From an uncultured virus (IMG/VR IMGVR_UViG_3300017963_000243) (Duplodnaviria > Heunggongvirae > Uroviricota > Caudoviricetes), in the IMG/VR virus record IMGVR_UViG_3300017963_000243, positions 58,571-78,570 of that record: a DNA stretch of 20,000 bases; one strand, given 5' to 3'. A program made the translations under genes and the position numbers. Below, one piece after another: positions 7,517 through 16,085 of the stretch; position 1 is the stretch's first letter; every line of letters begins with the position of its first letter. The notes beneath the pieces were generated by a model. The model did not search any database. It was not told the DNA's origin and saw nothing but the letters and a program-made list of their open reading frames with translations.

Positions 7517-10500
7517 GAAACGGGGCATTACCCGCAAACAGATCTGGAAGATCTGGGAAACGGTGTCGCCTCGGGACTGGTACGAGTTCTTTAACCACTT
7601 CAAGCGCGGGTCCAACGTAGAGTTTGCGGGGGACACGACGCTGAAGGCCCTGTGCCCCCACCCTAAGCATCCGGACACTTCGCCGTCGTTCTTCGTCTTC
7701 ACGGCCAAGGGCTACGCTAAGTGTTTTGGTTGCGACTTCTACACCTCCAACCCGATAGAGCTCATCGCGATGTTGATGGGCGGCACAGATGCCGACGCCG
7801 TCCAGTTCTTGAATGAGCGCTTCAACCTGAACTTTTTACCTCGTAAAGCCATTGAAGAGCTGCGAGCACAAAAGACCAACCAGAACACCAAGCAAGCGAT
7901 CATGCACGTATGTAATCAAGTGCTGATTGACGCGCTAGCTGACACCTCTGGAAAAACGCACAAGTTCGCACAACCGGCTCTCGACTGGCTCATCAACACT
8001 AGAAAAGTTCCTGCGGATATGCTGCATGCTCTTCCAGTGGGGATCATGCCACCCTTGATAGAGCTCGGTAATTTGGTGGAGGACTACTGCAAGAAACTCA
8101 AAACCGCGTGGGACAACGATCCTAAGAGGGGACCTACGCCTCCTGAAGATGTCACTGACAACTCCATCAATTACATGTCCGAATCCTTCAGCGTTCCTTT
8201 TACCGTAGGCGGGGTCGTGTGGCCCCTCCACGCAACCCCTACGGAAATTGCACGCCTCAAGATACGCGGACCAAACAACAACACTCCTAAAGACATCACG
8301 ATGCCGATGGATGAGTACGAAGATCTCCTCGGCATGTTCGGACTTGGGTGGGGGCCTTACCAGGCACTCCTTGACCCCAAGACGATGAGTGACTGGGCGT
8401 ATCTCACAGAAGGTGAGATGGACGTCATGTCGTACATGGCCCAAGCTTTGAAGACCGGAAACATCAACTTTCCGCTCTTCTCGATTGGCGGGAAGGGCGG
8501 GTCCGCTCACATCGAACCCATCTTCAAAGCAGCGGGATTCTCCGGCGCTTACATGATCGGAGACTCGCCGAACAAAGGTTCGTCGGGGGGTGATGTCGTT
8601 GTCTACCACTGGATGTCCCACATCAGGGATACACGTGTCAAAGTCTTCACCGGTTGGGACGAACTCATTCCCTGTGGGGACCTCGACGAAGCTGTACTGA
8701 CGCATGGCCTCAAGAAAGTTGAGGACACGCTTTGGAAAGACCCGAGCAAATTCTTTGTTCCTGCGTGGCAATGGTGCGCAGAGAGCGCTATGAGCGCCAT
8801 CGACAACTTGAGCGATAAAGACTACCGCGTGATGGTGGAAATTGCTTCCCAGATTGGGAGCTGTCTTCGAAACCGTCACGACATTGAGCAGTACGCTAAC
8901 GAGATCTCTTCCGCGTATGACGAGATCACGGTTCCCATCCTGAAACGTGAAATAGCCTCCAGCGAGGACACAGAAACGGGGTTCATCCTACGGTGCACTG
9001 ACGCTTTGAAAGACCACTTCGCCACCCTCGCCACCAAGTTGGAGAGCGGTAATCGGTGGTTGTTACTCTACGCTAAACGAGCACGTGAATACCGAAAAAT
9101 CAAACTGGACAGTGAACAGTCTATCGCTCAGGAACTCGCACCGACAACGGGTAATCTCCTCCAGTTTATACGCAACGAAGTAGGCTTTCCGGCTTTCATG
9201 GACGACCCCGAAGAGCTTGACGGTCAAGGACGTAAACGAGCTGATCAGAATGTCCGCTACTACCTGAAAGAAGCGTGTTTGGACATGGCACAAGGCGTAC
9301 CCGATCTCACCGCGACGAAAACATTGCGTCAAGGATACCACACTGTCAAGGGCTCCGACGGTACGCGTGAGTTCATTGTCTGCGGCAAAGACGTTCTACA
9401 TATCGAGAGATCCTCCAACGGAGCACCTATCTACAAGCATCTCGACGGACCAGCACACGAGGGTATCCTATTCGACCTGGGCCTCATCAACCCTCAAGAG
9501 GACACGGAACCCTGGTACCCCGGAGGGCTTACTACAAAGGTCCTCGAGGATGCCCAGAACATCAACGTAGATGCCCTATTCAAGGAGCTACAACACTTCT
9601 TCGATATCGGATTCCAGTTCGCAACTCACGACATCATGAAAACACTCTTGGCAGCGCAGACACTGATCTTCCCTGTCATGAACGCTTTCGACCGCCAGAT
9701 GCTCATGTTCATCACTGGGGAGACGCACTCCGGTAAGTCTACACTCCTCTCAACCTTCGGGGGACCTTTCGTACCCAACTTGAAGCTCGTGCTGTGCTCT
9801 CAAGGCATGGACAACTATACTGCCGCAGGCGTCATGGCAGCCACCAACTGCGACTCCCGGCTCATGTGTCTCGACGAGTTCGAGTTCGAAGGTGCAAAGG
9901 CAGAAGCGTCCCGGGTTATCATGGAAATGCTCCGCGGTCTGGTAACTGACCAAGCCAAACGCGTCACCGGCGTAAAAGACGGAAAGGGTTACAAGGTTAC
10001 GTATCACCGTCTGCCAATGATCTTGAGCGGCATTACTGGCGCTGAACTGCCCCAGGACCTGAACCGCCTTCTGATCGTTGAAATGAAGAAGATTCGTTCT
10101 CGCAACAGTCCAGAAAATATCCTCCTTAAAGAATTCGGACAGGAACGGATCCACGAGATGGCTCGCCAAATTGCTGTAGCGCTCTACCCGCGCGTTCCTG
10201 AAATCCTGACACACTACCAGGAAATCAAGTCCCAGTTTGTTGAGCTCAACGCCCTGCTTCCTTTCCCTGTAGAGTGGCGTTACGCGTCCGCGCTCTTCGG
10301 AACGCTGTCTCTTTTGAAATACTTGGGGCACGACTGGCAGTCGTTCTTTCGTGAGTTCGTCTCTCAGAATGCTACTACGATTCAGCGTGCGTCAACCATC
10401 AACGAGTCTACCAACCTCCTTAACACCATGTTTCGCTATGGTGCGCTTTACAACTACGAGACGAAGCGCAACACTTCCGTCAATACACTTTTGGGGCAGA

Positions 10501-10889
10501 GCATTACACGTAACGAGATCAACTCTTACGCCTGTGGCGTTTACTACGACGAAGCCACTAAGAACATCATGCTCCTCCTCAGCCAAGCGATGCCTGTTCT
10601 CATCCCTCCACAGAATCCCATGCGAAACGCTAGCGAAGTTCGAATTCGAGACACTCTCGAACGTCATCCGCTGGCCCTCTCACCTGCAGAGATAAAGAAA
10701 TCAGGCATGATCCAACGTTCCGCCCCCTTCTTGGGTGTCAATATCGCAGTGGAAGACGTCGTCGCCTTCCGCGCACAACCCTGGTTGAACGAGCCCGGTA
10801 TAGCGGACGATTCAGCACCGAAACCACCGAAGAAAGACGACGATACGCTAGAAAATCCGCAACTGGAAGAGTATGACGACTGGGGGTAA
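7488..10889 (+). CDS. DNA primase-helicase fusion: CHC2 zinc finger, TOPRIM, C-terminal P-loop (SF3/AAA+-like) NTPase
   Basis: CPHPKHPDTSPSF...CFGC (CHC2); YLTEGEMD (TOPRIM); GDLDE; Walker A GETHSGKST; Walker B LMCLDEFE; DLNR arginine-finger-like; acidic tail EEYDDWG. Start ATG 7488 follows AGGGAG 7471-7476. Confidence 0.85.
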   Translation: MPAERKAKGKKRGITRKQIWKIWETVSPRDWYEFFNHFKRGSNVEFAGDTTLKALCPHPKHPDTSPSFFVFTAKGYAKCFGCDFYTSNPIELIAMLMGGTDADAVQFLNERFNLNFLPRKAIEELRAQKTNQNTKQAIMHVCNQVLIDALADTSGKTHKFAQPALDWLINTRKVPADMLHALPVGIMPPLIELGNLVEDYCKKLKTAWDNDPKRGPTPPEDVTDNSINYMSESFSVPFTVGGVVWPLHATPTEIARLKIRGPNNNTPKDITMPMDEYEDLLGMFGLGWGPYQALLDPKTMSDWAYLTEGEMDVMSYMAQALKTGNINFPLFSIGGKGGSAHIEPIFKAAGFSGAYMIGDSPNKGSSGGDVVVYHWMSHIRDTRVKVFTGWDELIPCGDLDEAVLTHGLKKVEDTLWKDPSKFFVPAWQWCAESAMSAIDNLSDKDYRVMVEIASQIGSCLRNRHDIEQYANEISSAYDEITVPILKREIASSEDTETGFILRCTDALKDHFATLATKLESGNRWLLLYAKRAREYRKIKLDSEQSIAQELAPTTGNLLQFIRNEVGFPAFMDDPEELDGQGRKRADQNVRYYLKEACLDMAQGVPDLTATKTLRQGYHTVKGSDGTREFIVCGKDVLHIERSSNGAPIYKHLDGPAHEGILFDLGLINPQEDTEPWYPGGLTTKVLEDAQNINVDALFKELQHFFDIGFQFATHDIMKTLLAAQTLIFPVMNAFDRQMLMFITGETHSGKSTLLSTFGGPFVPNLKLVLCSQGMDNYTAAGVMAATNCDSRLMCLDEFEFEGAKAEASRVIMEMLRGLVTDQAKRVTGVKDGKGYKVTYHRLPMILSGITGAELPQDLNRLLIVEMKKIRSRNSPENILLKEFGQERIHEMARQIAVALYPRVPEILTHYQEIKSQFVELNALLPFPVEWRYASALFGTLSLLKYLGHDWQSFFREFVSQNATTIQRASTINESTNLLNTMFRYGALYNYETKRNTSVNTLLGQSITRNEINSYACGVYYDEATKNIMLLLSQAMPVLIPPQNPMRNASEVRIRDTLERHPLALSPAEIKKSGMIQRSAPFLGVNIAVEDVVAFRAQPWLNEPGIADDSAPKPPKKDDDTLENPQLEEYDDWG

Positions 10890-10892
10890 CCC

Positions 10893-13859
10893 ATGCTCGA
10901 TTGTAATCTCTGCGGACAGACCGCTTGGAAAGGCGAATCCTGTCCCGACTGTCCGATTTACCAACAAGAACACTACATGGAAGGAGTCGGCACACAACAA
11001 AATGTCGACTTCTTCTGTGTAGCCGAGTCTCCTCACGTACCCGGCGTATCGAGTTCCCTCACAAAACACACTCCTTGGGGATTCGACGTAGAAGCTATCG
11101 TGAAACGGTCTGTTACAGACACGGTAGCCACTAAGAATCGTTACCGGCAATTGCGAGGACGCTTTTCGTACGCTGTCCGCTGCGCTGTCGACAAGCCTAA
11201 CAAGAAGATACGAGAAGCCTGCTCGAAACTTTTCAAACCTGAGTTGTTAAAAGCTGCGAATCCTAAACGCCCCATCATGATCTTTGCGCTAGGACCCGCG
11301 GTCCTCCAGTCCCTAGGGATTAAGGTCTCGGGGTACAAAAAACTCCAGGGCAGGCTCGTCGAAGCGACGCTCAGTGGACGCCGTGTCATCATCATGCCGT
11401 CATTATCTAAGCGACAACTTGCGGCAAATCCGGAGCACCACGAAATCCTGATGCGCCAACTGTACCAGTTCTTGGATGCAGTACTGGAAGTACGCGCGGG
11501 AAGATCCGTACAGATCATCACCCCTACGGACATGCTCATCCAAGACTACCGCTTCCCCAAATCCGTTCGTGCGGTCCAGAAACTCGTCGAAGAAGTAGTC
11601 GCCTACGCTCCTGAGGGGAGAAACCCCGATACGCACGTCATCTCAGTAGACACAGAAACTAACACCCTGTTTCCGCACCGCGAAAAGCTCAAGATTCTAA
11701 CCTTCGTGTTCTCTTGGGGCCCTGGCTTAGCCGCTTCAATCCCTATCGAACACGACGAGAGTCCTCTGACATTGGCGGAAGTGGCCCCATATATCCAGCA
11801 GCTTCTCACGTGCCCTAAGCCTAAAGTTTTTCACAACGCCAAGTTCGACCTCAAAGTTTTACGACGTAAAGGGTGGGACGTAGAGAAGCTGGCTTGGGAC
11901 ACAATGCTAGCAGAACACCTTCTTGCTGAGGCCAAAAAGGGGTACTACGACCTGAAGTCCTTGACGCAGAGCTTCCTCCCTAAATACGGCGGATACGAAG
12001 ACGAGATGCAAGCAGTTTACCGGAAGAGAGTCCTCGAGTACAAAGCGTCACTCGAACGAGACCCTAACGCCCCAAAATTGAAGGGTGCTGCTAAGAAGCT
12101 CGATGAAGACTACGGGTACGCCTTCGTCCCTCTTAAGAAGTTGAGCGTGTACGGGGCGATTGACGCTGACGTTACTCGGCAACTTGCTCTCGTCCAGCGT
12201 AAGAGGATGCTCGCTGAACAGAAAGACCTGAACGCGCGTCGTCGAAAAATCAGTACGAACACGTACTTTGCAGCGCTAGCAGCTCCTGGCACGCCGGAGA
12301 AAGAGCCTCTCAAAGCGCTCATGTTTCAGCAACTCATCCCTGTCACGCGTACGTTAGCTCGGATGGAAGAGGTCGGGATGCGTGTCGACCGCCCATACGT
12401 CCTGGACCTCGACGAGAAGATGCGTAGGTCGGCACGTAACCTCTACGCAGAGTTGAAACTCATGCTCCCTAACGGAGTAGTCAACGAAGACTTCAACCCT
12501 AAAAGCGTGGCACAGTTACGACGGATCCTCTTCACAGCGGGTTACCTACACCCCAAAACAGGGCGGATGGTATGTCATACCGGAGAAATCCCTGATGAAG
12601 ATATCCCGCGTACAGGCACGGGATTAATCTCTACGAACGCCAAGTTCTTGCGCGTGCTCAAAAACCAGTATGACTGTCAGTTCTCAGACACCCTCTTGAA
12701 GTACCGCGCGATCACCAAAGCCCGAGACACTTTCGTACGTAACATCCTCGTACTGAGTGAAGAAGACGGGAGGATGCACACCACCTTTAACATCCACGGA
12801 ACAGCTACCGGAAGGCTAAGTTCCGTGGATGAGAACATGCAAAACATCCCCAAGAAGATCGGGGACCACAACCTCAAACAGTCGTTCATTCCAACTGACC
12901 CGGATACGCAAGTCATGATGAACGCTGATGCCAAGGCCGCAGAGGTGCGCCTCTACGCCGCATATAGTCGAGATGAAAACCTGATTAGCGCTCTCAACGA
13001 AGGTCTGGACCCTCACAGCTTCTTCTCCTCTAGAGTCCTCAACCCCGCTACGATCCTGGAAGGTGTTCGGGCTTCCGAGAAATCTTCGGTCTTGGCGCTA
13101 GTCGGGATCGACGACGTACACGACTGGAGCTACGAAGATTTCCAAAAGCGTGGATACTATACGGGGACTGAGGAGGACCCAGGCCCTGACGTCGCTTACG
13201 GTCAACAGCTCGGTAAACTCCGGGGAAACATCAAACGGGTGGTCTTCGGCATCCTCTACGGAGCCGCACCTAAAAAGATCGCCAGTATTGTAGGGATCCC
13301 AGAAGCTCAAGCTGCTGCCATCATCGAATCCTTGTTCCGAATGTTCCCTACTATTCCAGAGTACATCTCGAAGACTAAAGAGAAGATCCAGTACCTCGGG
13401 TGCGTAGAGACCTTCTTTGGAAGACGGCGCCGTTTCAACCTGCGCGGTATGACCTTCAAAATGCGCAACAAGGCTGAGCGGCAGGCTGTTAACATGCTGA
13501 TCCAGAGTACGAGCTCAGAGATCATCATGAGGGTAATCACCGCGGTTGACGAACCCATACGTCACGACTTCGGAGGCAACTTGCTCATCACAGTTCACGA
13601 CTCTCTTGTTGCGGAGATTCCCAAAAAGTACGTCCCTCAAATGAAAGACTTCATCACCGAATACGGAGTCAAGCGCGTCCGAGAGCTCTATCCGTGGCTG
13701 CCTGTCCCTTTCCTATGGGACGTGGAAGTAGGTCCCTCTTACGGACAACTTACTGACATAGATAAGTACCTGAAAGGGAACGTCCTCCCTGCTGACATTA
13801 GTGGCGACGATTACCTCGACCACGAAATCAAAAGCGACTTCGAAAACCTCGACTCCTAG
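10893..13859 (+). CDS. polA: Family A DNA polymerase with 3'-5' exonuclease and N-terminal degenerate uracil-DNA-glycosylase-like (family 4) domain
   Basis: Exo I VDTET, Exo II FHNAKFD, Exo III YGAIDAD; TGRLSS/NMQNIP; motif A NADAKAAEVR; motif B RGNIKRVVFGILYG; motif C VHDS; N-terminal CPDC..AESP..YAVRC..EAC..IFALG resembling UDG-4. Confidence 0.93.
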   Translation: MLDCNLCGQTAWKGESCPDCPIYQQEHYMEGVGTQQNVDFFCVAESPHVPGVSSSLTKHTPWGFDVEAIVKRSVTDTVATKNRYRQLRGRFSYAVRCAVDKPNKKIREACSKLFKPELLKAANPKRPIMIFALGPAVLQSLGIKVSGYKKLQGRLVEATLSGRRVIIMPSLSKRQLAANPEHHEILMRQLYQFLDAVLEVRAGRSVQIITPTDMLIQDYRFPKSVRAVQKLVEEVVAYAPEGRNPDTHVISVDTETNTLFPHREKLKILTFVFSWGPGLAASIPIEHDESPLTLAEVAPYIQQLLTCPKPKVFHNAKFDLKVLRRKGWDVEKLAWDTMLAEHLLAEAKKGYYDLKSLTQSFLPKYGGYEDEMQAVYRKRVLEYKASLERDPNAPKLKGAAKKLDEDYGYAFVPLKKLSVYGAIDADVTRQLALVQRKRMLAEQKDLNARRRKISTNTYFAALAAPGTPEKEPLKALMFQQLIPVTRTLARMEEVGMRVDRPYVLDLDEKMRRSARNLYAELKLMLPNGVVNEDFNPKSVAQLRRILFTAGYLHPKTGRMVCHTGEIPDEDIPRTGTGLISTNAKFLRVLKNQYDCQFSDTLLKYRAITKARDTFVRNILVLSEEDGRMHTTFNIHGTATGRLSSVDENMQNIPKKIGDHNLKQSFIPTDPDTQVMMNADAKAAEVRLYAAYSRDENLISALNEGLDPHSFFSSRVLNPATILEGVRASEKSSVLALVGIDDVHDWSYEDFQKRGYYTGTEEDPGPDVAYGQQLGKLRGNIKRVVFGILYGAAPKKIASIVGIPEAQAAAIIESLFRMFPTIPEYISKTKEKIQYLGCVETFFGRRRRFNLRGMTFKMRNKAERQAVNMLIQSTSSEIIMRVITAVDEPIRHDFGGNLLITVHDSLVAEIPKKYVPQMKDFITEYGVKRVRELYPWLPVPFLWDVEVGPSYGQLTDIDKYLKGNVLPADISGDDYLDHEIKSDFENLDS

Positions 13860-13898
13860 AGGTAAAAGAGTTTGGTACTGGCGTTTTTCCATACGCAG

Positions 13899-13922
13899 AA
13901 AAACAGAGGGAGTTACTCCCTC
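13899..13922 (-). terminator. Rho-independent terminator on the minus strand
   Basis: Minus strand reads GAGGGAG-TAA-CTCCCTC followed by TGTTTTT. Confidence 0.6.
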
Positions 13923-13939
13923 GCACGCTGCACGAGCTC

Positions 13940-14469
13940 GCGGTACGACCAGGGGTGTCACCGCCACAGCCCGAGCCGACCCACTGTGTGACCTGCGATC
14001 ACACACGTGGCTCAAGCCGGGCTACGACGTGACTCCCACCTGACAGCAGTACCCCACGTTCGAGTGTCAGATGCCGCGCCAAGATTTCGGGACCGACTGG
14101 ACGAACGACGAAATCTTAGCTGCCCATCTGACACTTTTCTCACTAGGAGGAAAGCAGTACCCCCTGTGAGTTCTTCGGAGATCCGAGGCCCTCTCCGCGG
14201 GAGATCTACGCGATGATCGGACGCTGCGTAGTCTCACCTCTGCGAGGGCCCGGATCTCCGATGAACATCCTAGCAGTACCTGTGTACCTGAGTTGGCCTC
14301 CTCATCCCGCTATCCGCTAAGATGAGGACCCCAACTCAAAGCCTAGCAGTACCATTTTTAGTGCCGGAAAACCGGGTATACCCCAGCCGGTGAGCTACAC
14401 GCCGGACGCCTTCGTGTGTGGAACTGAGTGCTCTCGGTTCTGAGCAAGAACGACAGCATAGCGGCACTA
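13940..14469 (-). ncRNA. Candidate structured ncRNA: five long hairpins separated by a conserved 9-nt linker
   Basis: No credible ORF. Inverted repeats 13957-13973/14018-14033, 14063-14073/14125-14135, 14175-14185/14251-14261, 14289-14296/14331-14338 and 14359-14366/14462-14469. Several plus-strand C.A mismatches become G.U pairs on the minus strand. Strand is tentative. Confidence 0.5.
14045..14353 (+). repeat. Four exact direct repeats AGCAGTACC
   Basis: Copies at 14045-14053, 14153-14161, 14272-14280 and 14345-14353. Degenerate GCGGTACG at 13940-13947; inverted partial copy GGTACTG at 13874-13880. Confidence 0.9.
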
Positions 14470-16065
14470 CTCCTGCCAGAATTTGAAATCCTTGTTGATG
14501 ACCTTCCACGCTAGCCACGCAAAGAGGCCAGCGTGGAGGCAGTCATCAGGCTTCTGGGGAGAATGGCGCCAAACCTTCCGGTCATTCTGCGTGATGTCTT
14601 CGTACTCGTTCAAGATGTCGTTAATCGCGACCCGCATCTCCACCAACGGAGCCCACTCTACTTTCTTTTGCTTCAAGAGCATGAAGTAGTTGTCGATGAG
14701 AGTTGTGCGGTCACCCATGTAGCGGTCAATCTGGTTGAACTTCAAGGCTTTGGCCTGCATACCATACTGTACCTGGATCACTTTGTGGTGTCCGAGGTGT
14801 GTGCGCATGAGGTCATTAGCTAATGCCCCTTCACCTGCATCACCGCAGAACATAGAGACGTGGTACTGCTTGCAAGTGTATGCGATCTCTTCTACGGCGC
14901 TTACAGGGTTAGTTCCCGGGTATACCTTATAAAACAAGCACACGAGCTTCTGATCTCTAGGTCGCCAACCCCAGATCCAAAGAACAGTCCTGGATACCCC
15001 AGAAGTCCCTCCCCCCGACCAATCAGCGCCCGCAACGATTTGTGTGATGTCCTTTAAGTGGTCTCGCGGGGGATACTGCTCCAGCTTTCTACCTGTGCAC
15101 AACGCCTCAAGCTCTTCTTGAGAAAGTAAGCGGCTACCAATCTCGTCCGAAACACCCAAGACCTCATTCCGAAAAGTCGAAAGAGGGGCTTCTTCGTATT
15201 TCTGTAAGATTCGCGACCAGCGCTGCTCCGCAACTTGAATTTCGGATGTGGAACGTCCCGCCATTCTCATTGCATGTGGGTTGTTACGCGGCATCATCGG
15301 CTGACTAATATGAAAACCCTGGAGTGTTTTACTCGGAGCCATATCCACCCATTGGCCATTGAAGGGGTTAAGCAATTTTTTACATTTAGGACAGCCGGGG
15401 CCCTCTTTTTGGAGTATCTTCTCACTGTCAATGTACACGTAGTTATTACAGCCCTCGCACTTCATCACCCACTCAGTCTGGGTGCTGAGCTCCCAGAGGT
15501 ACTGAATGGTATTCTCCATCGTCTTCGGAGTCCCGGCATACGTCTCATACGCGTAGTCAGACTCCGCCATCGTCTCGTTACCGACAGTGATGACAGGGTC
15601 ATACAGAATATCCTGGACCTCGTCATACATGTTCCGGTCAGTGGAAGGCCCACGAAGACGTTCAGCATCATCACATCCGTAGGTGAAGAGCATCTCGCTG
15701 CCATTCGTGAACTGTTTGTGGAAGACGCGGTCTGCCAAGTCCGTTCGCAGAAACTTATCGTTGATAATTGGGGAATAGCGCATCGTTTTACCGATACGCG
15801 TATTGGAAAACCGCGTCGTTTGCTCCTTGGAGGGGCTCACGAACATGGTAGAGAAGTGTGGTATAAGACTGCACTCGATGATGGAGAAATTCGCTAGCGT
15901 AGTAGACTTCGCAACCTGGCGACTAGTCTTAAACAACGTACGCCGATAGCGCCCGTCATAGAACGCACGGTGCATCGGCCAATCCGTCAAACGAAAAGGT
16001 TTCCCGTCGAGCATAATCCATGCTTCGGCGGTAACGGACAGTAGGGCTGAGCGGGAGTTGCTCAT
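14467..16065 (-). CDS. terL: Terminase large subunit, lambda GpA-like
   Basis: Walker A-like FKTSRQVAKSTT; LRG...MYDEVQD Walker B; GTP coupling motif; CEGC...CPKC Zn ribbon typical of GpA; RNase H-like nuclease acidic residues in GADWSGG, CGDAG and PDDCLHA. Confidence 0.9.
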   Translation of the reverse strand: MSNSRSALLSVTAEAWIMLDGKPFRLTDWPMHRAFYDGRYRRTLFKTSRQVAKSTTLANFSIIECSLIPHFSTMFVSPSKEQTTRFSNTRIGKTMRYSPIINDKFLRTDLADRVFHKQFTNGSEMLFTYGCDDAERLRGPSTDRNMYDEVQDILYDPVITVGNETMAESDYAYETYAGTPKTMENTIQYLWELSTQTEWVMKCEGCNNYVYIDSEKILQKEGPGCPKCKKLLNPFNGQWVDMAPSKTLQGFHISQPMMPRNNPHAMRMAGRSTSEIQVAEQRWSRILQKYEEAPLSTFRNEVLGVSDEIGSRLLSQEELEALCTGRKLEQYPPRDHLKDITQIVAGADWSGGGTSGVSRTVLWIWGWRPRDQKLVCLFYKVYPGTNPVSAVEEIAYTCKQYHVSMFCGDAGEGALANDLMRTHLGHHKVIQVQYGMQAKALKFNQIDRYMGDRTTLIDNYFMLLKQKKVEWAPLVEMRVAINDILNEYEDITQNDRKVWRHSPQKPDDCLHAGLFAWLAWKVINKDFKFWQE

Positions 16066-16085
16066 AACAAAGAGAGGTTAACAGC

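Noticed and set aside
13860..14466. tRNA genes in the intergenic region
   Set aside because: GTTCGAG at 14058-14064 is T-loop-like, but no cloverleaf or acceptor stem could be built.
13940..14469. CRISPR array interpretation of the AGCAGTACC repeats
   Set aside because: Repeats are only 9-12 nt, spacers are 64-110 nt, irregular and self-complementary, and no cas1/cas2 or effector genes are present.
13713..14518. Short ORFs in the polA-terL gap (13713-14015, 13801-14043, 14007-14216, 14336-14518)
   Set aside because: No convincing SD-start pairs, Arg/Ser/Thr-rich non-protein-like composition, and overlaps with real genes.
10893..16065. Inteins or introns in polymerase or terminase
   Set aside because: Both ORFs are continuous with normal motif order; no intein splice motifs or homing endonuclease signatures seen.
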